Assembly (NCBI GenBank): GCA_963750165.1
Contig: CAVVPN010000003.1
Coordinates: forward strand, 1 to 64,000
Direction: 5' to 3'
Source: an uncultured Gemmataceae bacterium
GTDB taxonomy: Bacteria; Planctomycetota; Planctomycetia; Gemmatales; Gemmataceae
Length of the DNA stretch: 64,000 bases
Under the pieces are notes generated by a model. It made no database searches, was not told the DNA's origin, and saw nothing but the letters and a program-made list of their open reading frames with translations. Positions 1 through 10,171 of the stretch are shown in pieces. The position numbers were made by a program, and so were the translations under genes. How positions within the stretch are numbered: position 1 is the stretch's first letter; every line of letters starts with the position of its first letter.

Positions 1-1412
1 TCACTTACGACCCGACCATTCTCAACGTGACGGCGGCGACCCTGTCGTCCGACGCCGCCACCAACGGCAACCTCGTCCTCAACCCGATTGTCTTCACCAG
101 CATCGACGCCCACCACATGCAGATCGGCTTCACGGTGGTCGGCGGCAGCGGCGGCGGCCACTGGAACCCCACGGGCGGCACCGGCACGCTCTTGACCCTG
201 ACCGCCACCGTGCCGAATAACGCCCCCTACACGCAGAAGGCCCTGCTCGCCACCCAGAGCGTGGTCATCAACGGCACGGCGGCCCAGGGCGATGATTCCG
301 TGGATGTCAACGCCTACCCCGGCGATGTCCTCGGCAACCACTCCTACTCCGGTCTGGACGCCACCCTCATTTCCCGTGTCGTGACCGGCGGCGGCACCGG
401 CTTCAGCGTCTTCAAGGACCTCGACCCCTGGATCATCGGCAGCGTCACCGCCAGCCCCACTCTGAGCGTCAGCGGCCTGGACGCTACCGACGTCTCCCGC
501 GCCGTCGTCGGCTCCTTCCCTGGCGTCATCCCACAGCCGCCCACCGGCATCACCATTACCGGACCCACCGGCCCCGACCCGCGCCTTTACCTCGTCGCTG
601 CCAGCGGCAGCGTCGGCCAGACGGTCACGGTACAGGAGCGGCTCGACGTGACGGCGAAATCGGGCGTTGCCATCGACACCCTCGATTCGGTCATCGACTA
701 CGACCCGAGCCAGTTCACCGTCTCGAACATTCGTGTGGGCAGCCTGCTGCCGGGCTTCCTCGTGGTCAGCAATATCGACGCGGTGCAGGGCGTCATCCGC
801 GTCACCGAGTTCACCACCCACCCGGTGCAGGCCGCGTTCGGCACCGACGGCGCCGTGCTGCTCCTGGACCTCACCGTCCAGGTCGCCGCCACGCCCGGCC
901 CGTCGCCGCTGGTGCTCGCCGCCAACGACGGCGGCACCACCACGGCGGCTTACAACGCCAGCGGCCCGCTGACGCTCAGCCCGGCCCCGCAGAATCCGAA
1001 TCAGCTGCCCATCAGTGGCGCCAGCGTGAGCCCCTTCGTCGCCGACGTGGACAGCTACTTCACCATCGTCGGCACCCCCGGCAGCAAGCCGACCCCGACA
1101 TTGGTTGCCGACGACAAGAGCCCGGTCACGCGCAGTCCGGTGGCCGTCCCGGGGGTGAGCGCCGTCCCATCGGTCCAGCCGCCGGTCAACTTCCTGCCCG
1201 CGGCCATCCCGGGCGTCCCGACCGCCACCGCCGGAGCCCTCCTTCCGCTGAGCGCCACCGACGAATTCTGGCGACGCTACGGCGGCCAGGGCGCGCTCGG
1301 CCTGGGTGATGACGTGGCCACCGCCGAGAACCTCGCCCCAGTTGATGCGGAGTCTCTGTGGTTGCCGGACAAGGTGTGGGCGCTGGCGTGGGATATGCTG
1401 GAGGCGACTTGA
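1..1412 (+). CDS. Large extracellular protein, C-terminal part (5' partial), with dockerin-like and cohesin-like segments
   Basis: ORF open from the window start and T/G/V-rich. 'PGDVLGNHSYSGLDATLISRVV' resembles a dockerin loop; 'GSVGQTVTV..LD...IDYDPSQFTVSNIRVGSLL' resembles cohesin. Confidence 0.65.
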   Translation, partial: TYDPTILNVTAATLSSDAATNGNLVLNPIVFTSIDAHHMQIGFTVVGGSGGGHWNPTGGTGTLLTLTATVPNNAPYTQKALLATQSVVINGTAAQGDDSVDVNAYPGDVLGNHSYSGLDATLISRVVTGGGTGFSVFKDLDPWIIGSVTASPTLSVSGLDATDVSRAVVGSFPGVIPQPPTGITITGPTGPDPRLYLVAASGSVGQTVTVQERLDVTAKSGVAIDTLDSVIDYDPSQFTVSNIRVGSLLPGFLVVSNIDAVQGVIRVTEFTTHPVQAAFGTDGAVLLLDLTVQVAATPGPSPLVLAANDGGTTTAAYNASGPLTLSPAPQNPNQLPISGASVSPFVADVDSYFTIVGTPGSKPTPTLVADDKSPVTRSPVAVPGVSAVPSVQPPVNFLPAAIPGVPTATAGALLPLSATDEFWRRYGGQGALGLGDDVATAENLAPVDAESLWLPDKVWALAWDMLEAT

Positions 1413-1509
1413 CCTGGTGCGACAGGCACGAGCCACCGCCAAGGGGGATTCAGCCCGATATCCAGCGGGATTGGGGCTATGACCGCCCTGGGAACATTTT
1501 CGGCCGGCT

Positions 1510-1634
1510 TAGAGCGGTTCCCAGTCGCGTGGACTACAAGTCGTGGGACGGCTCTCCAGAGCCGTCGGGAGAACGCTGACGGCTCTGGAGAGCCGTCCCA
1601 CGACTTGTGCGCTACCCAAACGCGAACCGCTCTA
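1510..1634. mobile_element. MITE-like element with ends TAGAGCGGTTC/GAACCGCTCTA enclosing a REP hairpin (GTGGGACGGCTCTCCAGAGCCGTC ... inverted copy)
   Basis: Terminal and internal inverted repeats read directly; related partial copies at 21031-21090, 25939 and 26388. Confidence 0.65.
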
Positions 1635-1653
1635 GAGCGGTTCGCAGTTGGGT

Positions 1654-1713
1654 GTAGCGGAAGTCGCCAGACTTCCGTCCGGTGCTGCTCGGAAGTCTGG
1701 CGACTTCCGCTAC
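1654..1713. repeat. GTAG-type REP doublet (GTAGCGGAAGTCGCCAGACTTCCG ... CGGAAGTCTGGCGACTTCCGCTAC)
   Basis: Perfect 24-bp inverted arms; same arms at 26051, 41531 and 48011. Confidence 0.85.
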
Positions 1714-1781
1714 ACGCATTCGCAATCTGCAATAGAATTGCAAAACTTCTTAGCGATCTGTCGTCCGTCTGGGTGATCGAG

Positions 1782-3005
1782 TCAACAGACCGAAGTGTCA
1801 CCAGGAGCGCTCCCCCTGCCGGATGGTGACTGCTCGGAGGTTGCCTGAGGGGCTGTGGCCAACGTGACGGTCGTCGTGCAGCCTCGGCCGGGTTCGCTCC
1901 TGGCGTTGAATCGGCATCTGTTTCCATCCAGGATGGTCAGGGCTACTGCCAGGGTCATCCCCAGGGTCCGCACACTATCCCGGGAGAGTGGCAGCGCGAG
2001 TGCCGCGAGTTGAGCCTGGGGCATCGGCAACCCGGTGTCCTTGAAGACCACCGCCACGGCCTCCCCCGCCTGCCGGCCGCGGACGGCCAGTCGTCCGCCA
2101 TCACGCATGCGGTCTCGGGCGTGGCGGATGAGACAAACGAACGCCTTGCAGATCTGACCCCCATCCCCCTGCGCTGCGGGCAGTGACAGCGGGAAGTCCT
2201 GCTCTACCCGAATGGTCGTCGGCAACGGAGTCCGCTCCAGCGCCTCAGCCACGCACGATCCGACCTGGAAGGGGCGCTCCAGGGGGGCGGACATCCGGGC
2301 GAAATCCGAAAGTTCCAGGAGGATTTGCCCGGCCGCGCCCATCGACTTCTCGATCCGCTGGAAGTGCTCGGCGGCCTTCTCCGGCAATGGGTCACGCGCG
2401 TGGCGGAGGAAGTAGGCGGAAGTGCGCAGCACGTTCAGGGGGCCACGCAATTCGTGCCCCACGCATCCGACGACGTGGCCGGCCTTGACCAGATACTCGC
2501 TGCGCCGAACCCTGGCCAGGTACTCCGTCTGGTAGGCGTTTTCAAGGATGGTCAGATCCAGGTCGAGCAGTTTGTTGAGCGACAGGATCGCGGGCACCAG
2601 GCCGTCCCGTTCCGTTGGCCAGCACCGATCCAGGGTCGTGACCAGTTCGGCGCGAAGTCGCGCCAGGGCCGTGCTGACGTAGACCTGTTCCAGGCCCACC
2701 TCGACGTGCCGCCGGCCGACCTGCCAGCGCCGCGCGACGTACTCCGCGTCATACGGCCCGGTCAGGAGATCCTGGAGCCATTGCCGCAACGCCCCTTTGA
2801 GCTGGAGAACCGTCGTCTGGCTGCCGTCGAGGACCTTCCGGGTTTCGGGGTGTCGGCCGATCTCCGCGTAGAAATCGTCGATGAGGGGCTCCAGCCGCTG
2901 AAGTAGGATCTCGGCGGCGGCCCGGAGGTGCTGCTCGTCGGTGACGGTCCAGCCGACATAGGACTGGTACTCCTGATAACGACGGAACAACAGTTCCTGG
3001 TTCAT
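1782..3005 (-). CDS. Protoglobin/globin-coupled histidine-kinase-like sensor with degenerate ATP-binding motifs
   Basis: N-terminal 'YVGWT..DE...LIDDFY..I..HP', 'VGRRHVEVGL' (sensor globin); H-box 'VGHELRGPLNVL'; HATPase-like C-terminus. Start placed at MNQELLF. Confidence 0.8.
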   Translation of the reverse strand: MNQELLFRRYQEYQSYVGWTVTDEQHLRAAAEILLQRLEPLIDDFYAEIGRHPETRKVLDGSQTTVLQLKGALRQWLQDLLTGPYDAEYVARRWQVGRRHVEVGLEQVYVSTALARLRAELVTTLDRCWPTERDGLVPAILSLNKLLDLDLTILENAYQTEYLARVRRSEYLVKAGHVVGCVGHELRGPLNVLRTSAYFLRHARDPLPEKAAEHFQRIEKSMGAAGQILLELSDFARMSAPLERPFQVGSCVAEALERTPLPTTIRVEQDFPLSLPAAQGDGGQICKAFVCLIRHARDRMRDGGRLAVRGRQAGEAVAVVFKDTGLPMPQAQLAALALPLSRDSVRTLGMTLAVALTILDGNRCRFNARSEPGRGCTTTVTLATAPQATSEQSPSGRGSAPGDTSVC

Positions 3006-3304
3006 GGCTCCGCTCGGCAGTGAGTCGTGGGAACGCGGCCGTCGCGCGGCGGTGAGTTGCGATAGCAAAACCAATGCCGGCGCCCCCGGCCGCATTCCCG
3101 CCGCCGTTTCCTGCGGCCGGCGTTGCGAGCTTGCTGCCGCAGGCTCCCCGAGAGTGTGCCCCGGGCGACGATTCCGCCCAGTCGGTGTGCGGCTTCGACA
3201 CAGACCCCGGCCCGGCAGTGGAGGGCTCCCCGGCCGCCATCGTCAACGCCGCCAGCGCCGCCGAGCGAGCCGGGGGGGCGGCCGGCGGGCAGGACTGGCG
3301 GCCG

Positions 3305-3630
3305 GTCATCGACCGCCGCGCCCGGCACATGGCCCGCCTGCTCGACGACCTGCTCGACGTGGCCCGGCTGACGCATAACAAGATCGACATCCGCAAGTCG
3401 GTGTTCGACCTGGCCACCACGATGGGAGACGCGATTGAGGAAGTGCGGGCGTACCTCCAGGAACGGAACATCGAGCTGACCGTGAGCCGCTCCAGCGTTC
3501 CCTTGCTGGTGGACGGAGATCCGGCGCGGCTGCAACAGATCCAGGTGAACCTGTTGCGGAACGCGGCGAAGTACACCCCGGCGGGGGGTCAGGTCTGGTA
3601 CTCGCTGCAGCGCGAGGAGGGGCAGGCGGT
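3305..3630 (+). pseudogene. Internal fragment of a sensor histidine kinase
   Basis: 'IDRRARHMARLLDDLLDVARLT..KI', 'GDPARLQQIQVNLLRNAAKYTP.GG'; lacks the H-box and G boxes and abuts an IS fragment. Confidence 0.75.
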
Positions 3631-3870
3631 GGTTCAAGGCCCAGGTAGCCTTGGCCGCCCTCAAGGCCGACAAGACGGTCAACGAACTGGCCAGCCAGTA
3701 CGGGGTCCACCCGACCCTCATCCACGGCTGGAAGAAGCAACTGCTCGCTGGGGCCGATCTGGTCTTTAGCAATGGCAGCAAAGCGCTCAGCGCCGATGCC
3801 GAAACCGAGAAGGCCGAGTTGTTCGAGCAGATCGGCCGCCTCAAGATGGAGCTGGAGTGGCTCAAAAAAC
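3631..3870 (+). mobile_element. IS3-family transposase OrfA remnant
   Basis: 'FKAQVALAALKADKTVNELASQYGVHPTLIHGWKKQL...LFEQIGRLKMELEWLKK', ending at an A-run; no OrfB follows. Confidence 0.8.
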
Positions 3871-4623
3871 CTGACCGTCACGGAATGTGGGGCGGGTTTT
3901 TACGCCGAAGGCGTTTGATCTCAGAGCCCAGGGTCGCGCAGCGCACCCTGGGAGACTCGAATCGGCCGCCACCCGGCCGTCCTCAAGCGCGATGATCCGG
4001 TCGGCGAACTCGAAGACGCGCGGGTCGTGCGTCACCACCATGACCACCCGGTCCGGTTGCAGGGCGACCTGGCGAATCAACCCCATGATGATGTGCCCCG
4101 TCTCGGCATCAACGGCGGACGTGGGTTCGTCGCAGACGAGACGGCACGGCTGGTGGATCAGGCTGCGGGCGATGGCCACGCGCTGCTGCTGACCGCCGGA
4201 CAGCTGCCGCGGCAGCGACCCGCTGCGGTCGGCCAGGTTCATGGCCCGCAGCACCTCGGCGGCGCGGGTCAGGGCCTCCTTGCGCGACCGGCCCTGGATC
4301 AGCAGCGGCACGGCCACGTTCTCCACGGCCGTCAACGCCGGCAGCAGGTTGAATTGCTGGAATACGAAGCCGACGTTGTAAGCCCGAAAGGCCGCCTTCT
4401 CGCCGCGCGACGGTTTGGCCACGTCCACGCCGAGTACCTGGACCTCGCCCGCCGTGGGCTCGAGCGTCCCGGCCAGGATCGAGATCAGGGTCGTTTTCCC
4501 GCAGCCGCTCGGCCCGACCAGCAGCGTCAGTTCGCCGGGGGAGACGGTCAGGTTGACGCCGCGCAGCGCCCGCACCCGGGCGTCCCCCTTGCCGTAGTCC
4601 TTGACCAGTTCCCGGCAGATCAC
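3862..4623 (-). CDS. ABC transporter ATP-binding protein (LolD/DevA-like); orphan, ends probably disrupted
   Basis: Walker A GPSGCGKTT, signature LSGGQQQRVAIAR, CDEPTS, VTHD; no permease nearby; 3' tail runs through a REP-like hairpin at about 3900-3955. Confidence 0.8.
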   Translation of the reverse strand: MICRELVKDYGKGDARVRALRGVNLTVSPGELTLLVGPSGCGKTTLISILAGTLEPTAGEVQVLGVDVAKPSRGEKAAFRAYNVGFVFQQFNLLPALTAVENVAVPLLIQGRSRKEALTRAAEVLRAMNLADRSGSLPRQLSGGQQQRVAIARSLIHQPCRLVCDEPTSAVDAETGHIIMGLIRQVALQPDRVVMVVTHDPRVFEFADRIIALEDGRVAADSSLPGCAARPWALRSNAFGVKTRPTFRDGQVF

Positions 4624-4645
4624 CTGGCCCGACGGTGGTACACCA

Positions 4646-6642
4646 TCACACCGCCCCGGCCAGGTTCAGGTACTCGGGCGAACTCAGGAACAGCGCCGCC
4701 ACGGCATTGTCGCTGAGCTGGCCGCTGGCGGTCGCGGCCAGCCAGGCCTGCACCTCCGCCATGCTCCCCGGCCGGCGCAGGAAGGTCGTGTACAGGGCCT
4801 CGAAGCCGTTGTCCTGCGCCTCGGTCGAGTTCAGCAAGGCCGCCGCCACCGTCGGCCGGCTGAACACGCCCTGGTCGAGCATCGCCGTCCAGGCGGACAC
4901 CTCGGCCGGCGTGTACACCCCGTGGCGGCCCAGCACGTCGTCATACAGGCCCTCGACGTAGGACTGGCTGCCCGGGTGCAGCGCGGCGTACTCCGGCGAG
5001 GTCACGAACAGCATAGCCACTTCGGCCTCGGTCAGGGCGCCCGTGGTCAGGGCGCCCTCCCAGGGGCGCACTCCTGCGGGCTGCCGGCGCGCTGCAGGTA
5101 GCTCAGGTAGAACTGCTCGACCTCCTCGCCGCGGTGTTCCGCGGAGCCCCAGACGGCCGCGGCCACCTGGGCGTAGGAGACGGTGCCGACGGTCAGGCCG
5201 GTGACCCAGCCCTGGAAGCCCGCCGGGTCCGGCGTCCGCCCCAGCACGTCGTGGTACAACTGCGTCACGAAACGCTGCGCCAGGCCGTTGGTCCCCTGCG
5301 ACTCGTAAGCGCCGATATCAATGTTGGGATTGGGGGTGCGCGGCTGGCCGCGCTGGTCCGTGGTCGGGGCGTTCACGGGACTGCCGCCGCCGATGGCAGG
5401 GCTGCTCGGTTGCAGGGCCATCGTCGGCGTGGGGCCGCCGTTGTTCTGCAGCGGGCCGAGGCCGGGGTCGATGGGGGCGGCAGTGGTGCCTACCTGGTCG
5501 CCGGTGGCGCCGAAGCCGGTGCTGCCGTCCGCGGCGCTGATCAGGTTGTGGCCCTGGCTGACAAAGGCGCCGGCCACGTCCTGCGCGGCCGTCGTGGTCG
5601 TGTTGGGCGGGTTCGCCAGCAGCGCGTTGCCGGCGATGATCGTGTTGTAGACCGTGACCGTGCCGGACGGGTTGTTGTAGACGCCGCCGCCGCTGCCGCC
5701 GTAGTCGGCGTTGCCGGCGACGGTGCTGTTAATCAGGGTCAAGTTGCCACTGTTCCAGATGCCGCCGCCCTGGCCGCCGTCGTAGCCGTTGCCCGGGTTC
5801 TTCCAGACGTTGATGAGCTTGCCCTGGGCGACGTTCCCCGTCACGGTGCTGTTGATGAGGACCGCGGTGCCGGCGTTCAGGATGCCGCCGCCGTGGCCGC
5901 CGATCGGGTACGTCGTAATGCCTCCGGTCACGATGTTCTGAGAGGAGGAGTAGCTGCCCGGGGCGGTGTTGCCCGAGACGGTGCTGTCGGTGAGCATCAG
6001 CGTGCCGGCCGAGACGATGCCACTGTCGCCGTTGTTGGCGATGAGGCTGCTGGTGATCGCCAGCACCCCACTCGTCCCGATGGCGGACCACGAGATGTAG
6101 ATGCCGTTCGCGCTGTTGTCGGCGATGGTGCAGTTGCTGACGGTCAGGTTCGTGTCGGAGAAGTCCCAGATGCCGGTGGCGCTGTTGGCGATCGTGCAGC
6201 CGGTGACGGTCACGATGCCGTGGTCAATGTTGATGCCCGCACTGCCGCCGGTGATGGTCAGCCCCGAGATGGACACGGCCGCATCGACCGCGACCGGGAA
6301 GACCGGGCCGGCGTTTGGGCCGGTCGGCGCCGAGACCTGGATGCTGGCCGCACCGGGGCCTTGCACATCGATGGTGCCCTGGAGGTTGGGCAGGCCGCTG
6401 GCCAGGGCGATGGTGCCGGTGAGTCCGGGGGCGAAGGTGATGATGTTGGTGCCGGGGTTGGCGTCGGCGTCGAGGATGGCCTGACGCAGCGAGCCGGGGC
6501 CGCCGTCGTTCAGGTTCATCACCGTGCTCGGCACCCAGCGACCCTCCAGGCACTCGACCGTCGGGCGAACGCTGACTTTGCCGCGGAATCCGGCACGACG
6601 TGACCGCCGTGCGGCCGACTGCTGGAACGGGAAGCAGGGCAT
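4646..6642 (-). CDS. Planctomycete extracellular protein with beta-helix/choice-of-anchor Q region and C-terminal DUF4214-like repeats; frameshift near 5062
   Basis: N-terminal 'RPTVECLEGRWVPS'; 'LGPLQNNGGPTPTMAL..SPAI', 'TDQRG..R...DIGAYE'; 'LYHDVLGRTPD' repeats continue in ORF 4646-5071. Confidence 0.8.
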
Positions 6643-7167
6643 GTCAACTCCAGGGTGCGGACAAGTTTAGGAATTCCGGCTTGATCTTTGGCACGTTTGG
6701 TGCCGGAAATGCTTTTTTTTGCCGCGGATAGGGAAGGACACACCGTAAGCGGCTTGGCCCCACACCCTTACAAGGGATTATCGCCCGGTGGCTGGCGGCG
6801 ACACCAGAAAAACGGCGCGGCGGCGTGCTGAATCGATACGACCGGTGTGCGTGCGGGATACAGCCGTGCCGGCCGACTGTGCGAAGCGGGGCGCGGGCCG
6901 CCATTTCATTGACATACACCTGTCACTAACTACCGGAACGGAGCACCACGGTTCGCAAGCTGCGGACGGCGCACCCGCCTGGGCACAGCCGGGAAGCGCC
7001 AGGCAGCTCTTGTGTTCCCGGGAGACGCGGCACGTGGATTGCGTGCAGGACAGAGGCGGTAACATACATTGCGCGTCCGAGATAATCGATCAAGTTCCGC
7101 ACGCGGGGTCGCCTGCTTTCCGCGCTGAGGCAGCGGGCATGACCCGGTGGAAATGAAGGGGTGAGTC

Positions 7168-8526
7168 ATGAGTTACGGAGAAGCCCGCGAACTGGAAGAA
7201 CGTCCGGTGGCGATTGCCACTGCCGGGCGGCTGCTGCCAGGCACCTTAAGTTTGCCCGAAGGGGCGGAGGGGGTAGTGCTGTTCGCGCACGGCAGCGGCA
7301 GCGGCCGGTTCAGCCCCAGGAACCAGTTCGTGGCTCGCGTGCTGCAGCAGGCGGGCCTGGCGACCCTCCTGCTCGACCTGCTGGACGAGGACGAGGCCCA
7401 GGACCGGGAGAAGGTGTTCGACATCGAACTCCTGGCGGAGCGCCTGCTGGACGCCGCGGACTGGCTGCGCCGCGGACCCGATACGGGCGCACTGTCCCTG
7501 GGTTACTTCGGCGCCAGCACCGGCGCTGGCGCTGCCCTGGTTGCCGCTGCCCGGGAGCCGGCCCTGGTCAGGGCAGTGGTTTCCCGTGGCGGCCGTCCCG
7601 ACCTGGCCAGCCCTTATTTGCCCGAGGTCCAGGCGCCAACGCTGTTGATCGTCGGCGGCAACGACGACACTGTGCTCCGCCTGAACGAGCAGTCCCTGCG
7701 CCTGCTCCGCTGTCCCAAACAGCTGGTGGTCGTTCCGGGTGCAACCCACCTCTTCTCCGAGCCAGGTGCGTTGGAGGAAGTCTCCCGCCTGGCGAGGGAC
7801 TGGTTCGTCCGACACCTCGCCGCGGCGGAGCACTGGCTGTTCCCCCCGTTTCGGAACCGGGAAGACGCGGCCCGCCGGCTCGCAGCCCGGTTGAAGAGCC
7901 GCGCGTTGCACGACCCGCTCGTGCTGGGGATCCCCCGCGGCGGGGTGGTCACGGGAGCCGTGCTGGCCCGGGAACTCGGCGCCGACCTGGACGTGGTCCT
8001 GTCCCGCAAGCTCCGCGCCCCCTTCGTGCCCGAACTGGCCGTCGGTGCCGTTTCCGAGGACGGCCAGGTTTACCTCAACCACCACGCCAGAGAAGTACCC
8101 AACCTGACGGATGAGTATCTGACCGAGGAGCGCCGCCACCAGGTCGCCGAGATCGCCCGGCGCGCGCAGTTGTTCCGGTCGGTTCGCCCAAAGGCGAAGG
8201 TCGCGGGCCGCTCGGTGATCGTCACGGACGACGGCATCGCCACGGGCTCCACCATGATCGCCACCCTGAAGACGCTCAAGACACAGGCCCCGCGCGAGGT
8301 CATCGTTGCCGTGCCCGTGGCCCCGCCGGATCGATTGGAGGAAATTCGCCACTGGTGTGACGACCTGGTCTGCCTGCTCAGCCCGGAGACGTTCCAGGCG
8401 GTCGGCCAATTCTACGCCGACTTCGGCCAGGTGGAGGACGAACAGGTTGTCGCCCTGTTGCGCGCGTTCGAACCTGACTCGGAGAGGGCCGTTCCCCCCG
8501 GGTACACCGCCCCACAGAAAAGGTGA
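7168..8526 (+). CDS. Fusion of dienelactone-hydrolase-like alpha/beta hydrolase and phosphoribosyltransferase
   Basis: 'FAHGSGSGRFSPRN', 'GYFGASTG', 'SRGGRPDLA', then 'F.NREDA...LA', 'GIPRGG' and PRPP motif 'VIVTDDGIATGST'. Confidence 0.85.
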   Translation: MSYGEARELEERPVAIATAGRLLPGTLSLPEGAEGVVLFAHGSGSGRFSPRNQFVARVLQQAGLATLLLDLLDEDEAQDREKVFDIELLAERLLDAADWLRRGPDTGALSLGYFGASTGAGAALVAAAREPALVRAVVSRGGRPDLASPYLPEVQAPTLLIVGGNDDTVLRLNEQSLRLLRCPKQLVVVPGATHLFSEPGALEEVSRLARDWFVRHLAAAEHWLFPPFRNREDAARRLAARLKSRALHDPLVLGIPRGGVVTGAVLARELGADLDVVLSRKLRAPFVPELAVGAVSEDGQVYLNHHAREVPNLTDEYLTEERRHQVAEIARRAQLFRSVRPKAKVAGRSVIVTDDGIATGSTMIATLKTLKTQAPREVIVAVPVAPPDRLEEIRHWCDDLVCLLSPETFQAVGQFYADFGQVEDEQVVALLRAFEPDSERAVPPGYTAPQKR

Positions 8527-8629
8527 CCTTCACGGGGCGCGACGCTTGGCCACTCTCAGGGCCGAGACGGGGACCACCCGGCGCGGCAGCGGGGCAGAAT
8601 GAACAAGGAAAGGGGTGAGTTATGGACCT

Positions 8630-9000
8630 GTACCACCCAGGCGTCACGCTCGACGAGGTGCGTGCCCTGGCCGCGTGGATGACCTGGAAGTGCGCCCTCA
8701 TCGACGTGCCCTTCGGCGGCGCCAAGGGCGGGGTGTGCTGCAATCCCAAGGAACTGAGCGAGGGCGACCTGCGCAAGATCACGCGCCGCTACGTCTCGGA
8801 CCTCGGCGACCTGATCGGCCCCCACACCGACATTCCCGCCCCGGATGTCTACACGAACGCCCAGACCATGGCCTGGATCTACGACACCTACGCGCGCATG
8901 CACCCCGGCAAGAACAACCCGCCCGTGGTCACTGGCAAGCCGCTCGACCTTGGCGGCTCCCACGGCCGCAACGAGGCCACCGCCCAGGGGCTGTTGTTCG
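8630..9000 (+). pseudogene. gdhA: Glu/Leu/Phe/Val (glutamate) dehydrogenase internal fragment
   Basis: '[22 protein letters not shown]...PFGGAKGG', 'DIPAPDV.T', 'VVTGKP..LGGS.GR.EATA'; both ends missing. Confidence 0.8.
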
Positions 9001-9004
9001 CCTC

Positions 9005-9102
9005 CGCTCGCCCAGGCCAACGAGGCCCTGACACACTTGCGGGAAGGGCGCCTGCGGGGGGCGGCGGTCCTCCTCACGACCCCGGAGTGTCCGCTCCCGT
9101 AA
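9005..9102 (+). pseudogene. C-terminal fragment of a zinc-dependent alcohol dehydrogenase family protein
   Basis: '[23 protein letters not shown]' matches the typical C-terminus of this family. Confidence 0.6.
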
Positions 9103-9351
9103 CTGTGCGGAATGGGATCATTTTGAGACACGAGTGGACGGAAAGAGCCCATCGTGTCGGGTGCATGTCGCCCACCTCTCCACCACCTGACAGACGCCAG
9201 GACAGGGCAGTGAGGGAAGAATTATGGCCTGGGGCTTGCTTTTCCGGGCGAAATGTCCCACGGGTCGCCTCCGGGCACATCCTTTGCAGAAGGTTCTTGC
9301 AGACATCTCGTGCCGCGGCACGACCGCGGCAAACAAATCGGAGAGTGTACC

Positions 9352-10092
9352 ATGCGATACCAGAGTTCGTCAGAGCGATTGTCCGCCATGATGGAGAAGA
9401 CGCTCAGTAGGTTGCGGAGCGAATCCCATGGTGAAACCGAGAGCGCCGCATCGGCGGTGGCTTCCCCCCCTGCGTTCACCATTGCCCTGAGCCGCGAGGC
9501 CGGGGCCAACGGTTCCCTGGTCGGCCGCGCCCTTGAGGATCGCCTGGGTTGGCCCGTCTACGACCGGGAACTGCTGCAGCGGGTCGCCGAGGGAATGGGC
9601 CTGCGGGCCAGCCTGCTGGAAGCCGTGGACGAGAAACGTAAGGGCTGGTTGCGGGAGAGCCTGGAGGCGCTCAGCTCGGCGCCGGCGGCGAACGAGAGTG
9701 CCTATGCCCGACACCTTCTGGAAAGCCTCATGTCCCTGGCAGCGAACGGCGAGTGCGTGATCGTCGGCCGAGGCGCGGCGCAGGCCCTGCCCGCTGCCAC
9801 GACGCTGCGCGTCCGCCTCGTGGCACCGCTCAGGGACCGGCAGGAAGTGATGCGGCAGCGGCATGGGATCACGCGCGAGGAGGCGGCCCGGTTGGTCGAG
9901 AAAACCGACATTGAACGTGCCCGCTTCGTCAAGGACCACTTCCTGAAAGACCCGGCTGACCCGTGCGGCTATGACGTGCTGATCAACTCATCTCGGTTCT
10001 CGGTCCAGGAGTGTGCCGACCTCATTGTCGATGCCCTGCGCCGCATGCAGGCGCGTGTTCCGGCCCGGAAGCCGGCGGCGAAAATGTCGTGA
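9352..10092 (+). CDS. Cytidylate-kinase-like family protein
   Basis: '[12 protein letters not shown]', '[11 protein letters not shown]', 'CVIVGRGA', '[11 protein letters not shown]', 'YDVLINS'; GGAG upstream of the start. Confidence 0.85.
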   Translation: MRYQSSSERLSAMMEKTLSRLRSESHGETESAASAVASPPAFTIALSREAGANGSLVGRALEDRLGWPVYDRELLQRVAEGMGLRASLLEAVDEKRKGWLRESLEALSSAPAANESAYARHLLESLMSLAANGECVIVGRGAAQALPAATTLRVRLVAPLRDRQEVMRQRHGITREEAARLVEKTDIERARFVKDHFLKDPADPCGYDVLINSSRFSVQECADLIVDALRRMQARVPARKPAAKMS

Positions 10093-10110
10093 CGGGTCTT
10101 CGCAGCCGAA

Positions 10111-10150
10111 GACGTGAGACTTCGGAAGCGCCTGTCCGAAGTCTCACGTC
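10111..10150. terminator. Stem-loop between convergent genes (terminator or REP)
   Basis: GACGTGAGACTTCGGA...TCCGAAGTCTCACGTC, 16-bp perfect stem. Confidence 0.5.
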
Positions 10151-10171
10151 GTTAGCTACGACAAATCTGTT

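Noticed and set aside
6644..7160. Short ORFs and a possible FNR-type box in the divergent intergenic region
   Set aside because: The ORFs lack recognisable motifs and no full TTGAT-N4-ATCAA site was seen.
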